Positions 1-12,197 of a stretch of DNA of 64,000 nucleotides are shown here, piece by piece. Source of the DNA: Botryllus schlosseri (taxonomy: Eukaryota). The position numbers and the translations under genes are program-made. Each line of letters begins with the position of its first letter. Position 1 is the stretch's first letter. Location: assembly GCA_051294905.1 (NCBI GenBank), contig CM119371.1, forward strand, positions 19,098,001-19,162,000, written 5' to 3'. Below the pieces are notes generated by a model. It did not search any database and was not told the DNA's origin. It worked only from the letters and a program-made list of their open reading frames with translations.

Positions 1-494
1 ACCTGATTTCAAAGAGCAGTCAACATTATTGAATAGGTGATGCAGACCTGAGCGCCTACACTTTTCGAGGGCAAAAGAATATTGCAAAGCACAAAAAATT
101 GTAGATGTGCGCTCAGGCTAAAATCATAACCACTTGAGTAAGTATAGTGTAAGTATGCAAGACATACTCCAGTACTTCGAAAGAGTAGTATTTTGTTAGG
201 GACCACTTCTGGTGACACTTCAGCAGAGGTGCCGAATACAGTCATCGTTCATGCTCTAGTAGAGGTAGCAGTAACGCTGTATATTTCTACTCAAGTACAA
301 GTAGTAGTGGAAGGTAAGTTTTCTAGGTTTCGTTTTGCTTTAAAACTATGAAGTAGAAATGCAATAGTTTATGAATATGCAATAGTTTGTACAAGTATGC
401 CAGACACGGTACTTGGTGGCGCGATCACCAATCTAGTCTCTATCAGATAATTTGTAAAGGTACAGTCCAGGAATGAGGTGCAGCAGAAAGTTGA

Positions 495-622
495 CTCAAC
501 ACTTCGGAAGCTGGTGGGTGTGCTCCTCTGTCGCATGAAAGAGTATTTGCTCTTCGCCATAGGTGGTCAAAGTTGCTGGCGATCATATGGTGCTTTCATT
601 TCAGGAAGAATGGCGCTTACAA
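495..622 (-). pseudogene. PKA catalytic subunit-like relic, last exon (copy 1)
   Basis: Minus-strand acceptor tttctttgccag| followed by L*APF..PEMKAPY..SNF..YGEEQILFHATEEH, matching PKA-C [33 protein letters not shown]; has a stop and frameshifts. Confidence 0.7.
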
Positions 623-732
623 CTGGCAAAGAAATAACTGGCATTAATATATCTCAGGGCGGGAATGTGATTGGTATTTTTGCTCTGTTTTCAGATATTA
701 CATCAGGGATAAATTTCTGATTAAGTGAGGTA

Positions 733-1301
733 CGGAGTTGTTGAGTAAGTCACAAGGCTCCGAATCACAAGTCAATCTGACTTTTATAGTTTTGACTCGA
801 GTCAAGTCGAGTCATTTTCAATTCACCACCGAGTCCAAGTCGCCGAGCAGAGGGTCGAGTCTGAGTCATGGTGTTATGACTAGAGTCCGAGTCCAAGTCA
901 TTGTGTTGACTGCCCAGTTTCCAGTTAAGGTCTCGTTAAACCCACTTTTATAACTCTGTTTTGTGATATCGAATGGTTCGCATTTATATTATACTAATTT
1001 TCCTCGCATTTAGCAGTTTGTGGTCGCATTTTCAAGTACCAGTACCAATATACGAAATCCCAATAAGGTGGTTACTTTACTATTCTTCGGAATTACAATG
1101 AAATGTTGGTCTTTGCCGTCCGATTCTCGAGTCATATGACTTGGTTCGAGTCACGCACAATGACTCGAGTCCAAGTCGAGTCAATACACAGATTGACTCG
1201 AGCCGAGTCGAGTCATTTTCGTATTTTGAGACAATGACTCGAGTCAAGTTAAGTCATCAGAAAATCGTGACTCGACTCGGACTCGAGTCATTACAACCCT
1301 G
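733..1301 (+). mobile_element. GACTCGAGTC-rich non-autonomous hAT-like MITE
   Basis: Ends ...agtcattacaaccctg; homologous to 7371-7823, 8197-8698 and 60915-61366; absent at the paralogous site near 36850. Confidence 0.7.
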
Positions 1302-2329
1302 GGGAAAATCCAGTAACTACCCAGGTGATTTGATTTTGAGTCGACTGTTCGAGTCAGCATTGGGCAAAATCGAGTCAAGACTTGAATAAATCACATTTTT
1401 TAATGACTTGACTCTACTCAAGTCACCACCCGAGACTGACTTAAAAGAAGTCACTACTAGGCCCGGGCAAAATTGAGTACCTGGGTGACATGATTCTGAG
1501 CACTGAGATCACGTCAAATTAATTATCCCAGTAAAAACTTGACTCGAGTTACTGATTTTAAATGACTTGATTTGAGTCACATCTGAGTCTCAGTAAAATC
1601 GAGTACTGTGCGATATTATTACCAGTCAAGTACGAGTATTTAAATTTGATTTAAGTTGGCTATATATTTCAGTTTGCATTGAGTCACATTTTGCAGTGAA
1701 TTGAATCGACTCGAGTCGCTACCCAAAACTGGCTACTAGGGTTGGACAAAATCAAGTGCCCGGGTTTGAGTCCATTCGAGCGCCATTCATCATAATATCA
1801 TACCAGTATTGATTGCATAGAAAGTTCAATTACGTATGTGGATTATATATTCCCAATCGCACGTCATCAAAAATGATCCGTTCATTCTCGTCAATAACCA
1901 TTGCATAGCGCTTTGCGATCATCCTGCTGGTGGATCGAATCGCAGCACAAATCTCCTTTCAATGAATATAAGTACCATGCGTTGGATGCTTCATTACAAT
2001 CAAACAATGGTTTTAGATGTCACAGTTCCACTCACGACGTCATTCTTATAGGACAATCTGGTTTTGTAGTTTTTTTGATGATGTGCCGATTCACGAACCC
2101 CTAAAACTAGTTCAAGGACCCCTTAGGGCTGTAGACGCATCGCTATTAGAGTAAGTTTTGGATTTATGAGATGAAAAAATTCCGATCTTACTGGCTACAC
2201 CATGAAGTTGTTAGGTTGTCTAAAAAACGCTGAATAGGCTATAAATTGGGCTAAGAGTACAGCACCGTTATTGTTGTGGTTAAATTATCGCCATAGCGTA
2301 CACCCGAGCCTCAACAGTATGGTGATTAT

Positions 2330-3207
2330 TACGGCGATTTTTTGTTTACTTGAAGAACGGAAAATTTTTACCTAAAAGATCAGAATTTTGACATTTTTTT
2401 ACCTAAAAAACACTTACCGTAATTTTGACCACATCTTGACCTGACGCATGCAAATTAGGTGTTTTCACACATAATGTTGAAATTGTACTACTATCTCAAT
2501 TCCTGGTTGGAACCGTCTGTCTTTACGAAGTGGTTAGGCCGGAAAAACCGTTTTTGACAAATTTTAACATGAAAAAACTTTATTGTAACGAAATCTAGCC
2601 CTATGAAGAATTCCAGTACTTACGTTACGTATTATAGAAGAAATAATTAAAATTTGTTGTAGCATGTAGCACAACAACAACAACGAAAGATACTTTCCTA
2701 CATTCTCGGGTAGAAAGTGTATGACCTTACTAAGTAGTTTGCCAAGAATGGAGAAAGAACGTTCAACAGCAGCAGTTGTTGGCTGACAACACTGAAGTTG
2801 TGCGTACACTGCTGGTGACACACCGTGTTGCTTCATTCTGACAATGGTGTCTACATCACAATGTTTCATCATGCGCTTCTTGATATAAGAGCCATGCAAT
2901 GTCCGAGCAGTCTTGCTTCAGTTAGGATATTGCGGTACGCTGAACATAACACCATTTCAACCCATTTATTTCATTCGACCGTTTATGATTCACAATGAGT
3001 AGACAATGGGCCGTCTACAACGGTAGGCCTATAAAGTAGGCTGCAAGCTGTAAAATATCAAATGATAAGTTCACCGACAGGGCAAAACCTATGATACCAT
3101 CGAAATGCAGGGGTCAAAATAATTTTGAATTTGTAAACAATTTTGACAATTTTTTGGCGTAACGCTACAATTTTGACTTATTTTGACATGTCAAAAAAAT
3201 CGACCTA
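2330..3207 (-). mobile_element. Internally deleted hAT transposon with transposase C-terminal (dimerisation-like) remnant
   Basis: TIRs tacggcgattttt / aaaaatcgaccta; 8-bp TSD gtgattat/gtgattac; ORF 2564-2899 contains PTTAAVERSFSILGKLL. Confidence 0.8.
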
Positions 3208-3652
3208 GTGATTACGCAGTGCATATGTTGCAAGTGGCATTGAGAGTCCGCATTGCTGTATCATGTGGAAGCAAAGTGAGTGATGCAGCATACGTTTACC
3301 ACGTGCTATAAAAAGCAATGGAGCTACAATAAGGCTGCCGCGTCGGGCAAGTACAACAGTGAAGATATCGCGCCAAAAATTTCAAACCGAAAACGTGCAG
3401 CAGCGGCAGCTAGTACGGCACGGGACGATATGCAAATTACATTTAGCTGCAGTTCCATTACGGTGGCTTTCTGACGAAAATGGTTGCGCCCAAAAATATT
3501 TTTGACCTGTTCGCAATTTGAGACCAGATCCTTTTGAGAGAATAGTGCCCATTTAACACGAGCAAGATTATCTGATCCTTGTTGCATTGGTATTTGCACA
3601 TAGATTTAACCTGATTCTTCCATTACGATTAAGAGTTATCTAGACTCTAGAG

Positions 3653-4122
3653 CAGTGCTTTTCAACCTGTGTGACGGTTCGCACTTGTGCGCATGAAAAA
3701 AATTGCAGTGCGAATGACGAAGGTGGTGCGTACGGTGCGAATGAAAAACCCCGAATGAGTGCGAATGAAAATCGTGAATCATAATTGTTAATTTTTCTGA
3801 CCTGGAATAATTCAAATAAACCAAATAGAAAATTCAAAGGCAATGAAACTTTCGTTGTTGCGATGCAATTGTAAAAGCTAGTTTAACTTACGACCCACCA
3901 TTAATCGTAGCTAATATTTTTGCTCTATAATTATTACGCAACCAAAAGCCTGGTTTGGTATATCTTGTGTAGTGGCAGACATACAGTATATCACGTCACC
4001 CCGGCTGAGTCTAAATAAATTCACTATGACAGTATGGCGTATAAACATTGAGAAACACGAGGCAATACCAGGTTGACAATTAAGTTACCTAAAATTCCTG
4101 TGCTCGGGGTTGAGAAACACTG
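3653..4122. mobile_element. hAT-like MITE
   Basis: cagtgcttttcaacc ... ggttgagaaacactg terminal inverted repeats; no clear TSD. Confidence 0.55.
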
Positions 4123-4521
4123 TAAAATTTAGAACATCATCCGTTTTCAAAATAAACCTCCTTTTCTTTCAGCTAGCTATGCCCCTAGTTGGGGGGGGGG
4201 TGAGGACCTGTTCAGGTGATTTGATACAGAACCAAGCACTAAGCTTCGAATAACTAAACTGACTTTGAGTTGGCTTGAGCACCGCCTATTATGACGGCAA
4301 ACCGTCGTGTATCGACTTGAACTGAAATCCTTTGGCGAGAAGAAATTGATTCAAAATTAACAAAATCGAAGATGACTTGTCTCGAGTCACAAGTCAATCC
4401 AGTGAATAGAGTTGAGCAATGAGAAATGATTTATACGAGTAGGCCTGCTCGAATATACGCTTCTTGCCATGGAGTTAATTGTAAACGAGAATTTCAGTTT
4501 CGATAGTATTTTCCCCTATGG

Positions 4522-5226
4522 CAGTGGTTCCCGACCTTTTTCGTCTCATGGACCCCTTGGCCGATATTTGAGCTACAATCCCCCCCCCCCCCCTATGAAA
4601 AAGTTTCCTGTGACTAAAAAAGGTGCTTTTTAACGCACAACCATTTATTGACTTAGCAATATATGGTCAAACATATTTCGATATATCCGAACTACCATGT
4701 TCGAATGCGGACCGGGACCACACTACACTTTGGTAAAGTACAGCTAAATTTGACATGTTTTCTACTGGTCTGGTAGTCACTGACGAAAAAAATCACCAAG
4801 TCCGCTTGCTATGGCCCTGAGTTGAATAGACGAATTTGGCATGTTTTTCACGTTAGCTCATATGTTGGCTTGAAAAGGTAAAAATTTTCACCAGCGACCT
4901 TGTCCTGAATTCGGCTTGACTTTTTCCTGCTTAGTAGCAATTTGGTCGGGAGGCTGTCACAAGCCCAACGAAATCGTCTCACGAGCCTCACTTTATCAGG
5001 GAGTGTCATATCTACGGAAAGCATTTGAACATATACCTGGCTTAAAATCCGCCAGAGAAACATACAGTTGTAAAGAACTAGTTTCATACTCGACAGTTCT
5101 ACCATAAAAATCTAAAAACCTTGTGAGCCTGTGTATCTTCTGATACAATCCGAAAGCCAGATTCCCCCCTAAAAATTTCTAATTTTCCCCCCAAGGGGGG
5201 AATTCCCCCCCGGTTGGGAACCACTG
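4522..5226. mobile_element. hAT (Charlie-like) MITE
   Basis: TIRs cagtggttcccgacc / ggttgggaaccactg; perfect 8-bp TSD ccctatgg. Confidence 0.85.
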
Positions 5227-5764
5227 CCCTATGGAAACCTTTATCCCTAATTTGGTGGTGTCGCAGCAAACGAGAAAAAGGTAGCCAGTCACACTTGGTC
5301 ACAAATAATTTTGTTATCTCTGGACAGTGACTATTTATTGACCATCGCAAGTGTGGATCGGTACGTGACAGCAGTCTTGTGCTATTCGAAAGTATTGAGA
5401 CAATTTTTCTATGCGACGGATCAACTAATGGTGGCGTGTGAATTCGTTGCTTGAAAAAGTATTATCTCACTACTCGATTCAGCTTTAGTCCGCATCCGTA
5501 GAGATGAGCAATTGATAACTGGTTTAGATTCGCGACTTTCCGAAGTCCCATGATTTACAATTTTTATGCTCGTTTTAAGGAAGGTTTACGGTAAGTCAAC
5601 AACGGACTTGCACTCGGATGACGATCTCAGATGCAGGATAGGATTTGGGTTGGGCAATATTAAATCAGGCCATCTCCGGTGTTCAGTAACAAAGAACAGC
5701 AACTTTCAATTTTACCCGACCCAAACAGACTCAAAGTAAAAAGCTGTCAGATGAGCCCACTTAC

Positions 5765-5910
5765 TTTTCTCAGGTAAACAGCGAATCATTCGATTGCCGA
5801 AAACCAGCGGTGGTCATGTTTCAGTTGCCGTATTTTTTGCTCACTTCGACCTGAAGGAGGTTGCAGGTAGGATATTTTAGCTCGGACATGAAATGACATG
5901 AAACCGGAAT
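5765..5910 (-). pseudogene. PKA-C-like relic, exon homologous to VRFPSHF...AIYQRK (copy 1)
   Basis: Acceptor ttctcttttccgcag|, translation IPVSCHFMSELKYPTCNLLQVEVSKKYGN..HRWFSAIE*FAVYLRK, donor |gtaagt. Confidence 0.85.
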
Positions 5911-6110
5911 CTGCGGAAAAGAGAAAACATTCTGCATCTGCATTTGGATACTGAGAAGCTTTCTATCTTCGTTTAAATTTTTCAAGAACTCGAGTTTATG
6001 CAACATTTGAACACAATTTAAATATTGTCAATGTAAGATAAGAACACGGGATTGAAGTTGAAGTACCTCCAAGAAACTCTTTGAACACATGATTATAATA
6101 CTGACTAGAG

Positions 6111-6405
6111 CAGTGGTTTTCAAACTGGGGGGCATGAAAGCACGGAAGGAGGCCGCGACGCTGCGGTCAACTGATTTTTTTTTAGCGCTCCGCTCGATTG
6201 ACATCGAATTCATTTTTTGCTCTGTCTATAGTCCGAATTTCATATTTGAGAATTCTCTCATCAGCAGTCATAACCGTCCATGCAATCAAACTATCCGCTG
6301 AGATTGCTAGCATTCTGGTTGCATTTTGTGATATGACCATAAAGTGGGCGCATCATTTTTCACTATCATAAATGGGGCGTGTCTAAAAAAGCTTGAGAAC
6401 TACTG
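6111..6405. mobile_element. hAT-like MITE
   Basis: cagtggttttcaaact ... aagcttgagaactactg; internal part similar to about 25920-26185. Confidence 0.55.
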
Positions 6406-6880
6406 AAAAAAAAACGATAAAATCAGTATTGCACTCGAATACAAGAACTTGAATCATTGTCCCAAGACCAGGGGTGGCCAACCTGCTGCCGTACGGCGGC
6501 ATGCAGTCGTAGAATCATAACTGTGCGGCTGTCTGAACGCAATTCAATTAGTGTGTGTTGGCAGCCGTCAACACGCAATTTGAATTTAAATTTACAAATC
6601 TACTCCCAAATTATCGAGAGAACTTCATACTACTTGTAAAATTTTCACACTCGTTGCTCAACCCAATACACCTTGAATTTCCGATTTTAATGTATTGGTG
6701 TCCGTGCAATCTGAGTCCCACAGTGGGTATGCGAGACGGAAAGGAAAATAATGTATCCGATAAAGATCAGGCCCAGGCAGAGCCTACCTGAGTAAAGTCA
6801 AATAACAAAAGATGACAAGCCACAAAGACACCAAAGATAACCAGAATCGACAACATTACAACCTACCAGACACCGGTGAC

Positions 6881-7076
6881 CAATGTTCCTTCTAAGCTGC
6901 GCACGTGCGCAAATGCGCAGTGCTGAAACGGTCTCTGCGCACAGAAAATCTCCGTTGCGCACAAAAAATCCGAAGTGATGACATTTTTTTTTAGTCATTA
7001 CGCACTGTTTGTTCAAGGGTCTGCGCAGTAAGTTGGTGATCGTGCGCAGGCTTGTCAAAAATTCGAGGGAACATTG
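6881..7076. mobile_element. Short hAT-like MITE (caatgttcc TIR family)
   Basis: TIRs caatgttcc/gggaacattg; perfect TSD ccggtgac; second copy at 61524-61718. Confidence 0.85.
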
Positions 7077-7370
7077 CCGGTGACCTTGCCTAAAATGAGC
7101 TTGGGCACCAGATACGCGGGAATGCCACTTGTGCTCGGGAGTGCACGGAAGATGAACGGTACGAGATATGCGGCTCCTACTTCTACTTGAGAACCTAGGC
7201 TGACTACTTCGATTACCTCGGATGGTATGTTCGAGACTAAAGTGGTCAGTAACAAAGAACTTCTACTTTTCTTGAGTACTGAAGTAGGTTCTGCCTACTG
7301 TTGTGACAACTTACAGAGCTCAAGTACACAGCGCCCGTAGTTGTCAAAGTTTTTGGCGAGTGGCACTTAT

Positions 7371-7823
7371 CACGGTTGTAATGACTTGAGTCATGACCTG
7401 ACTCGAGAAGCAATTTTTCGTCGACTTGACTTGACTCGAGTCATTTTCCTAAAATTGTAAAATGACTCGACACATTCTACTTCAACTTATACAAGTCTCG
7501 TATATCAGGACCGATAATTGAGAAATAGGCCCAGAAACTGTCTGATATCTGTTTGAATTAGCATGTTTAAAGTGAAAAAATGAGCATATTATGAATACGA
7601 GGCCTTCGATATCACCTAAGTGTTTTGACAGAAGTGAGTTGAACTTGACTCAAATCGATACTGAACAGTAAACACTATGACCTAGACTCGGACTCGAGTC
7701 TTAACAATATGTCTCCGACTCGACCCTCTGCTCGCTGACTTCGACTCGGAGTTGACTTCAGTCAAAACAATAAAAGTCAAATTGACTAGTGACTCGGAAC
7801 CTTGTGACTTGGTTACAACCCTG
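7371..7823 (-). mobile_element. GACTCGAGTC-rich MITE, inverted copy
   Basis: cacggttgtaatgac ... cttggttacaaccctg; reverse complement of the 8197-8698 family. Confidence 0.75.
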
Positions 7824-8196
7824 GTGCTTACGCCAGGGAGAGGACAGACCGGGGTTGGCATTCTTTGTCACAACTGTGTGAATGACGGATTTCTAACTCT
7901 TAATTTTTATTTTTTATGTTGGTATGAGTTTTTAGAACAAAGAAATTTACGATAAGACAATGATGTCCAAGGGCGGTCCGCAGTAGCGCGAGACAAAATT
8001 GATTACCCGCCTGGGTGAAATTTTGAGTTCGAGTCCGTATTGGAATTAATTAGTTGGTGCAGTCCTAATTTTGAATGGTTGGATTCTACCCTAGTCACTG
8101 ACCGACACCGACTTAAATTGAGTCCCTACAACGGCCAGGAAAACTTGAGTGCTGTGGTGTATCGATTCCAACCATCAAGTTTGAGTCGAGTTGATC

Positions 8197-8698
8197 CAGA
8201 GTTGTAACCAAGTCACAAGGCTCCCAGTCACACGTCAATCTCACTTTTGTAGAGTTTTGACTCGAGTCAAGTCGAGTCATTTTCAATTTACCACAGAGTC
8301 AAGTCCTATTCATTGTGTTGACTGCTCAGTTTCCAGTTAAAGTCTTGTTGAGCCCACTTTTTATAACTCTGTTTGGTGATATCAAATGGTTCGCATTTAT
8401 ATTATACGAATTTTCCGCACTTTTAGCAGTTTCTGGTCGCATTTTCAGGTATCAGTACCAATAGACGAAATCCCAATAGTGTGTTTACATTGCTATTCTT
8501 CGAAATTACAATGGAATGTCGGTCTTGGCCGTCTGAGTCTCGAGTCATATGACTTGGTACGAGTCATGTCCAATGACTCGAGTCCAGGTCGAGTCATTAC
8601 GCAAATTGACTCGAGTCGGGTCATTTCCGTATTTTGAGAAAATGATTCGTGTCTAGCCAAGTCATCAGAAAATCGTGACTGGAGTCATTACAACCCTG
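8197..8698 (+). mobile_element. GACTCGAGTC-rich hAT-like MITE
   Basis: TIRs cagagttgtaa / ttacaaccctg; TSD agttgatc/agatgatc. Confidence 0.8.
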
Positions 8699-10476
8699 AG
8701 ATGATCATTCAGGACATGACTTGACTCGAGTTGCTACTCTAAACTGATTTCAACAGGTCCAGTATCAAGTTTCGAATCGAGTATCATAGCCAATGTCGGA
8801 ATAACTTAAATCACGTTTTTGAATGACTGGACTCAGTTCGACTCGACTCACTTCTCATTATGCTAATTAAACTCGGGTCATTACTATGTACATGAAAAAA
8901 GCAAGAACCTAGATGTCGAGTATTAAGCTTTGATTCCATTCGAGTATCACCTATCGTGATGTAGAATGACGACGTAATAATGAAGTGGAGAATTCAAGTA
9001 CGGTATGTATGTATATATTTTCTTCGGACAAAAGGAATTGATTCCCAGTTACACGTCATCAAAAATAATTTTGTAAACATTGACCACGATTATGGTTCAT
9101 AGCGCTGTGCAATCATAATGTGACACGATTAATACTTAAGGCAAATGTTGTTTCCATGAATGTACAAAGTGTTGTGAGGTTTGCCTTAGATCAGGGGTGG
9201 CTAACTTGAAGCCGTAGTAGAATGATTAAGTAGCCATCTACACATTATTTAAATAGCATATGATAGTGTCTGTCAACATGCAATTTGAAGTTATGAATTG
9301 GCTATAAAATTTTTGAGAGGTTTTACTTCAACTAGATAATTTGTTCCGGAGATTTGATTTTTAGATTTGAATAGTGGTAGTTGAGAAGTTATAGTGTCCT
9401 TGCAATCCGAGCCCTAGAGAAAAAATGAGAGCCGCAGAGGGACATGATGCGTCACATAACAAAATACCAATGACTTTAAATCCTGTGTGTCAAACGAAAA
9501 ACGTTTTTTGTAATATGTGTGGATGATTCAAATATATTTTGATTATAACGACAATCCTGATGTGAGGTGTAGAAGTAACGGCATGCAACAAAGTAATGAA
9601 TGACAATGGGCTCACCTTGAAGATGAATCATCATTAATTCCGTGCCATCAGTCTTCGAAGACACCATCGGCAGATTCAGCTCCATCTGTAAATCTGATCA
9701 CATGGTCTGAACAAGGATGAATATTAGATACCGTAGTAATATGTGCCTGTGCAGCTACCAACAATACTGATATTGGCAAAACCAATCCCAATACCTTTTA
9801 TAGCAATAATGCTCGTGATTTCAATGCGTATGGGAAGCTAATGTAAATAGATTCCGGCGCCTTCGTGAATAGCATTATATATCTATACCGGACTTGGTTC
9901 ACTACAGATATACCTATGTGCGCCTTTTTTGAAATGGCATGCATAATAGGGAGTGTTGAAATGGCCCGTCTTAAAAAGGGAATTGCTTAACCCCCAGAAG
10001 TTGTGCTGGATACCATATGGAGGCGCAAGGCTATATATGAGACATAAGGCGTTCTGTTTTCTACAATTAGTAAGTTTTATGCGCATGCGCAAGGTATTTA
10101 ACAAGCAAACAGTGATGGCACAGAAACGCCAAGGGCTGTCCGCGAGGTAAAGTCTCCCAGTAGCCAATTTAACATGAGCAATTGAGCATATATGGTAATT
10201 GAATAATTACATACGCCACACAAGTAGTCAAAATGCGGCCATAAACAGCAAAAAGGCTGTACGTACACAATTACACATCGGCTTTAGATGCTAAGTTACA
10301 ATCAACCATGATGTCAAGGCTCCCACAGTGGGTAGCGAATATGATGGCAAGGCTATATCATTTGTCGATGAATTGATTGCTAGTAGTCATGACCGCATAA
10401 TTTCGGACTCGAAGAAATATACTCTTTCAACCTCCACCGAATTACTACATGTCAATATCGGAAATCAGCTCTTTAC

Positions 10477-10573
10477 CTTACCATGCAGATAGAATCTTTT
10501 CGTAAATAGGCTGTTCTTCAAAAACGGATGGGTATATGCTGGTCATCTCGTGAAGCAGCATCGCCATGGCATG
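10477..10573 (-). pseudogene. PKA-C-like relic, exon homologous to [32 protein letters not shown] (copy 1)
   Basis: AMAMLLHEMTSIYPSVFEEQP / IYEKILS..GK with frameshifts, ending ggt aag|gtaaag. Confidence 0.75.
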
Positions 10574-10844
10574 CTGAAATCAAGATGTGGGTGATAATAT
10601 CGATATACCGAATTCAAAAACTTGATATGAATCATGTGTTCTGGTGCAAATAGAAATGCACGACATGTCCACGTAACATATATCAATACCGGAACAAATG
10701 TCTAAATTTATTGCAGGGACCGGGATAGACAACATTGCGACAGCCGCCAAAATGGGTGGCTCACTTCTTTTAGATCGGATTCAAATTGCTCTGGCTGTTC
10801 TCACCCCAACATCCAGCCATTGACTAGCCAATTCTATTTCATTA

Positions 10845-10905
10845 CTGATGTCAAGCCCAGATAATGGGAAGGGTTGCGGCAGTAAGGGCATCCAGTGTAA
10901 AATCC
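10845..10905 (+). mobile_element. Possible RTE-clade LINE 5'-region fragment
   Basis: caagcccagataatgggaagggttgcggcagtaagggcatccagtgtaaaa resembles a motif I recall from RTE/Expander 5' regions; not verified. Confidence 0.35.
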
Positions 10906-11084
10906 ACGACAATCAATAATTCCAACTAAACCGTGGACAGTGAACAATTATTAAATTCACCATTTCAATCTTACGTTTCAATTTACAGCAATACTTCTAC
11001 TTGTTCCCGATTATAGTCTACGACTGTTTCGGCCAGCTCTGTAAACGAGTATGTGGAGGCAAAAAACTCTTACTTTTGGCTCAC

Positions 11085-11208
11085 TTGTAAACATCCTTGC
11101 TGTTCGATGAGCAGATTTTCCAGATTAAAATCTCTGCAGTTGATGTCCAGAAAGTGCAGTTCCTCGGAGCATTTGATTTGAGTGGCGTAGAACAGCAAGT
11201 GACACTCG
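11085..11208 (-). pseudogene. PKA-C-like relic, catalytic-loop exon (copy 1)
   Basis: ttcttatcacag|c-ECHLLFYATQIKCSEELHFLDINCRDFNLENLLIEQQGCLQ|gtgag versus PKA s-[42 protein letters not shown]. Confidence 0.88.
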
Positions 11209-11499
11209 CTGTGATAAGAATACAGTACTGATAAGCAACTGATCTTTGAGAAACCTATGATGTACCTAGGTCAGGGTCAACCAACTCGTGGCCTGCAAGA
11301 AGGTTTTAATCGGCCGATGAGGTAATTTTCGAAATTAGTTATAATATCAAAAAGTAAATTACCCAGGTAATTTATTGTGAACTTAGAAGGCCAACCATAA
11401 ATTTGATTACCCTGACCTCGAAATTTGGGATGTTGATGACTAAAATATCAGTTCCGACACATTGTAGTAACCAGTCAGCCAGCCACAATTTTACATCTT

Positions 11500-11603
11500 A
11501 CATCTTCGTGTATGACCATAAAGTAGAATATTTCGTGGCAGATTTATTTGGCTTGAAATTTTTCACTTCGTGTGATTTATTGTCACTCGATTTCTTGATA
11601 CTA
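11500..11603 (-). pseudogene. PKA-C-like relic, exon homologous to QIEHTLNEKRILQAVNFP (copy 1), abutting the ZF exon
   Basis: EIE/TIN..KI/QA/INLP..SY pieces separated by frameshifts; homologous to 41280-41392. Confidence 0.55.
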
Positions 11604-11605
11604 GT

Positions 11606-12197
11606 TGACATCAGCATGCATAGCCATGTGTTCTTAGATGTCTGCCTTTCGTAAGAATTCCTTTCCACAAACCTCGCATTTATGGCGCTTGAAACCGGCA
11701 TGAATAGCCATGTTTGCATTGAGTTCACCTTTTTGCTTGAATACTTTTCCACAAACCTCACATTTGTGGCTTCCGAAACCAGCATGCATAACCTTGTGTG
11801 TATTGAGGTCACTCTTTTGCACGAATTCTTCCCCACAAACATCACATTCATGGCTTTTAACACCAGTGTGAATAGCTATGTGTTGCCTCAATCCAACCTT
11901 TCGCTGGAACCCTTTCCCACAAATTTCACATTCATGGTTTCTGAAACCAGCATGCATAACCTTGTGTTTCTCGAGGTCACTCTTTCGTGCAAATGCTTTT
12001 CCACAAACATCACATTTCTGATTCTTGACATCATTTTGAATATTCATGTGAGTGTTCATGTCACTCTTGCGGCTGAGCTCTCTCCCACAAACACGACAGC
12101 CATGATTCTTGGCACCGACATGCATATCCATGTGTGAGTTGAATACAAATTTGTTGATGGATAGCCTAATGATAATCGAAGGAATGGAGAACTACAT
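11606..12197 (-). pseudogene. C2H2 zinc-finger locus, subtype B, truncated (about 6 fingers)
   Basis: ORF 11634-12131 with CxxC-12-HxxxH units; frameshift and 3' truncation; start ATG seen in paralogues is mutated. Confidence 0.85.

Noticed and set aside
3320..3345. SYNKAA resembling PKA GYNKAV
   Set aside because: Wrong strand and order relative to the relic exons; no extended similarity.
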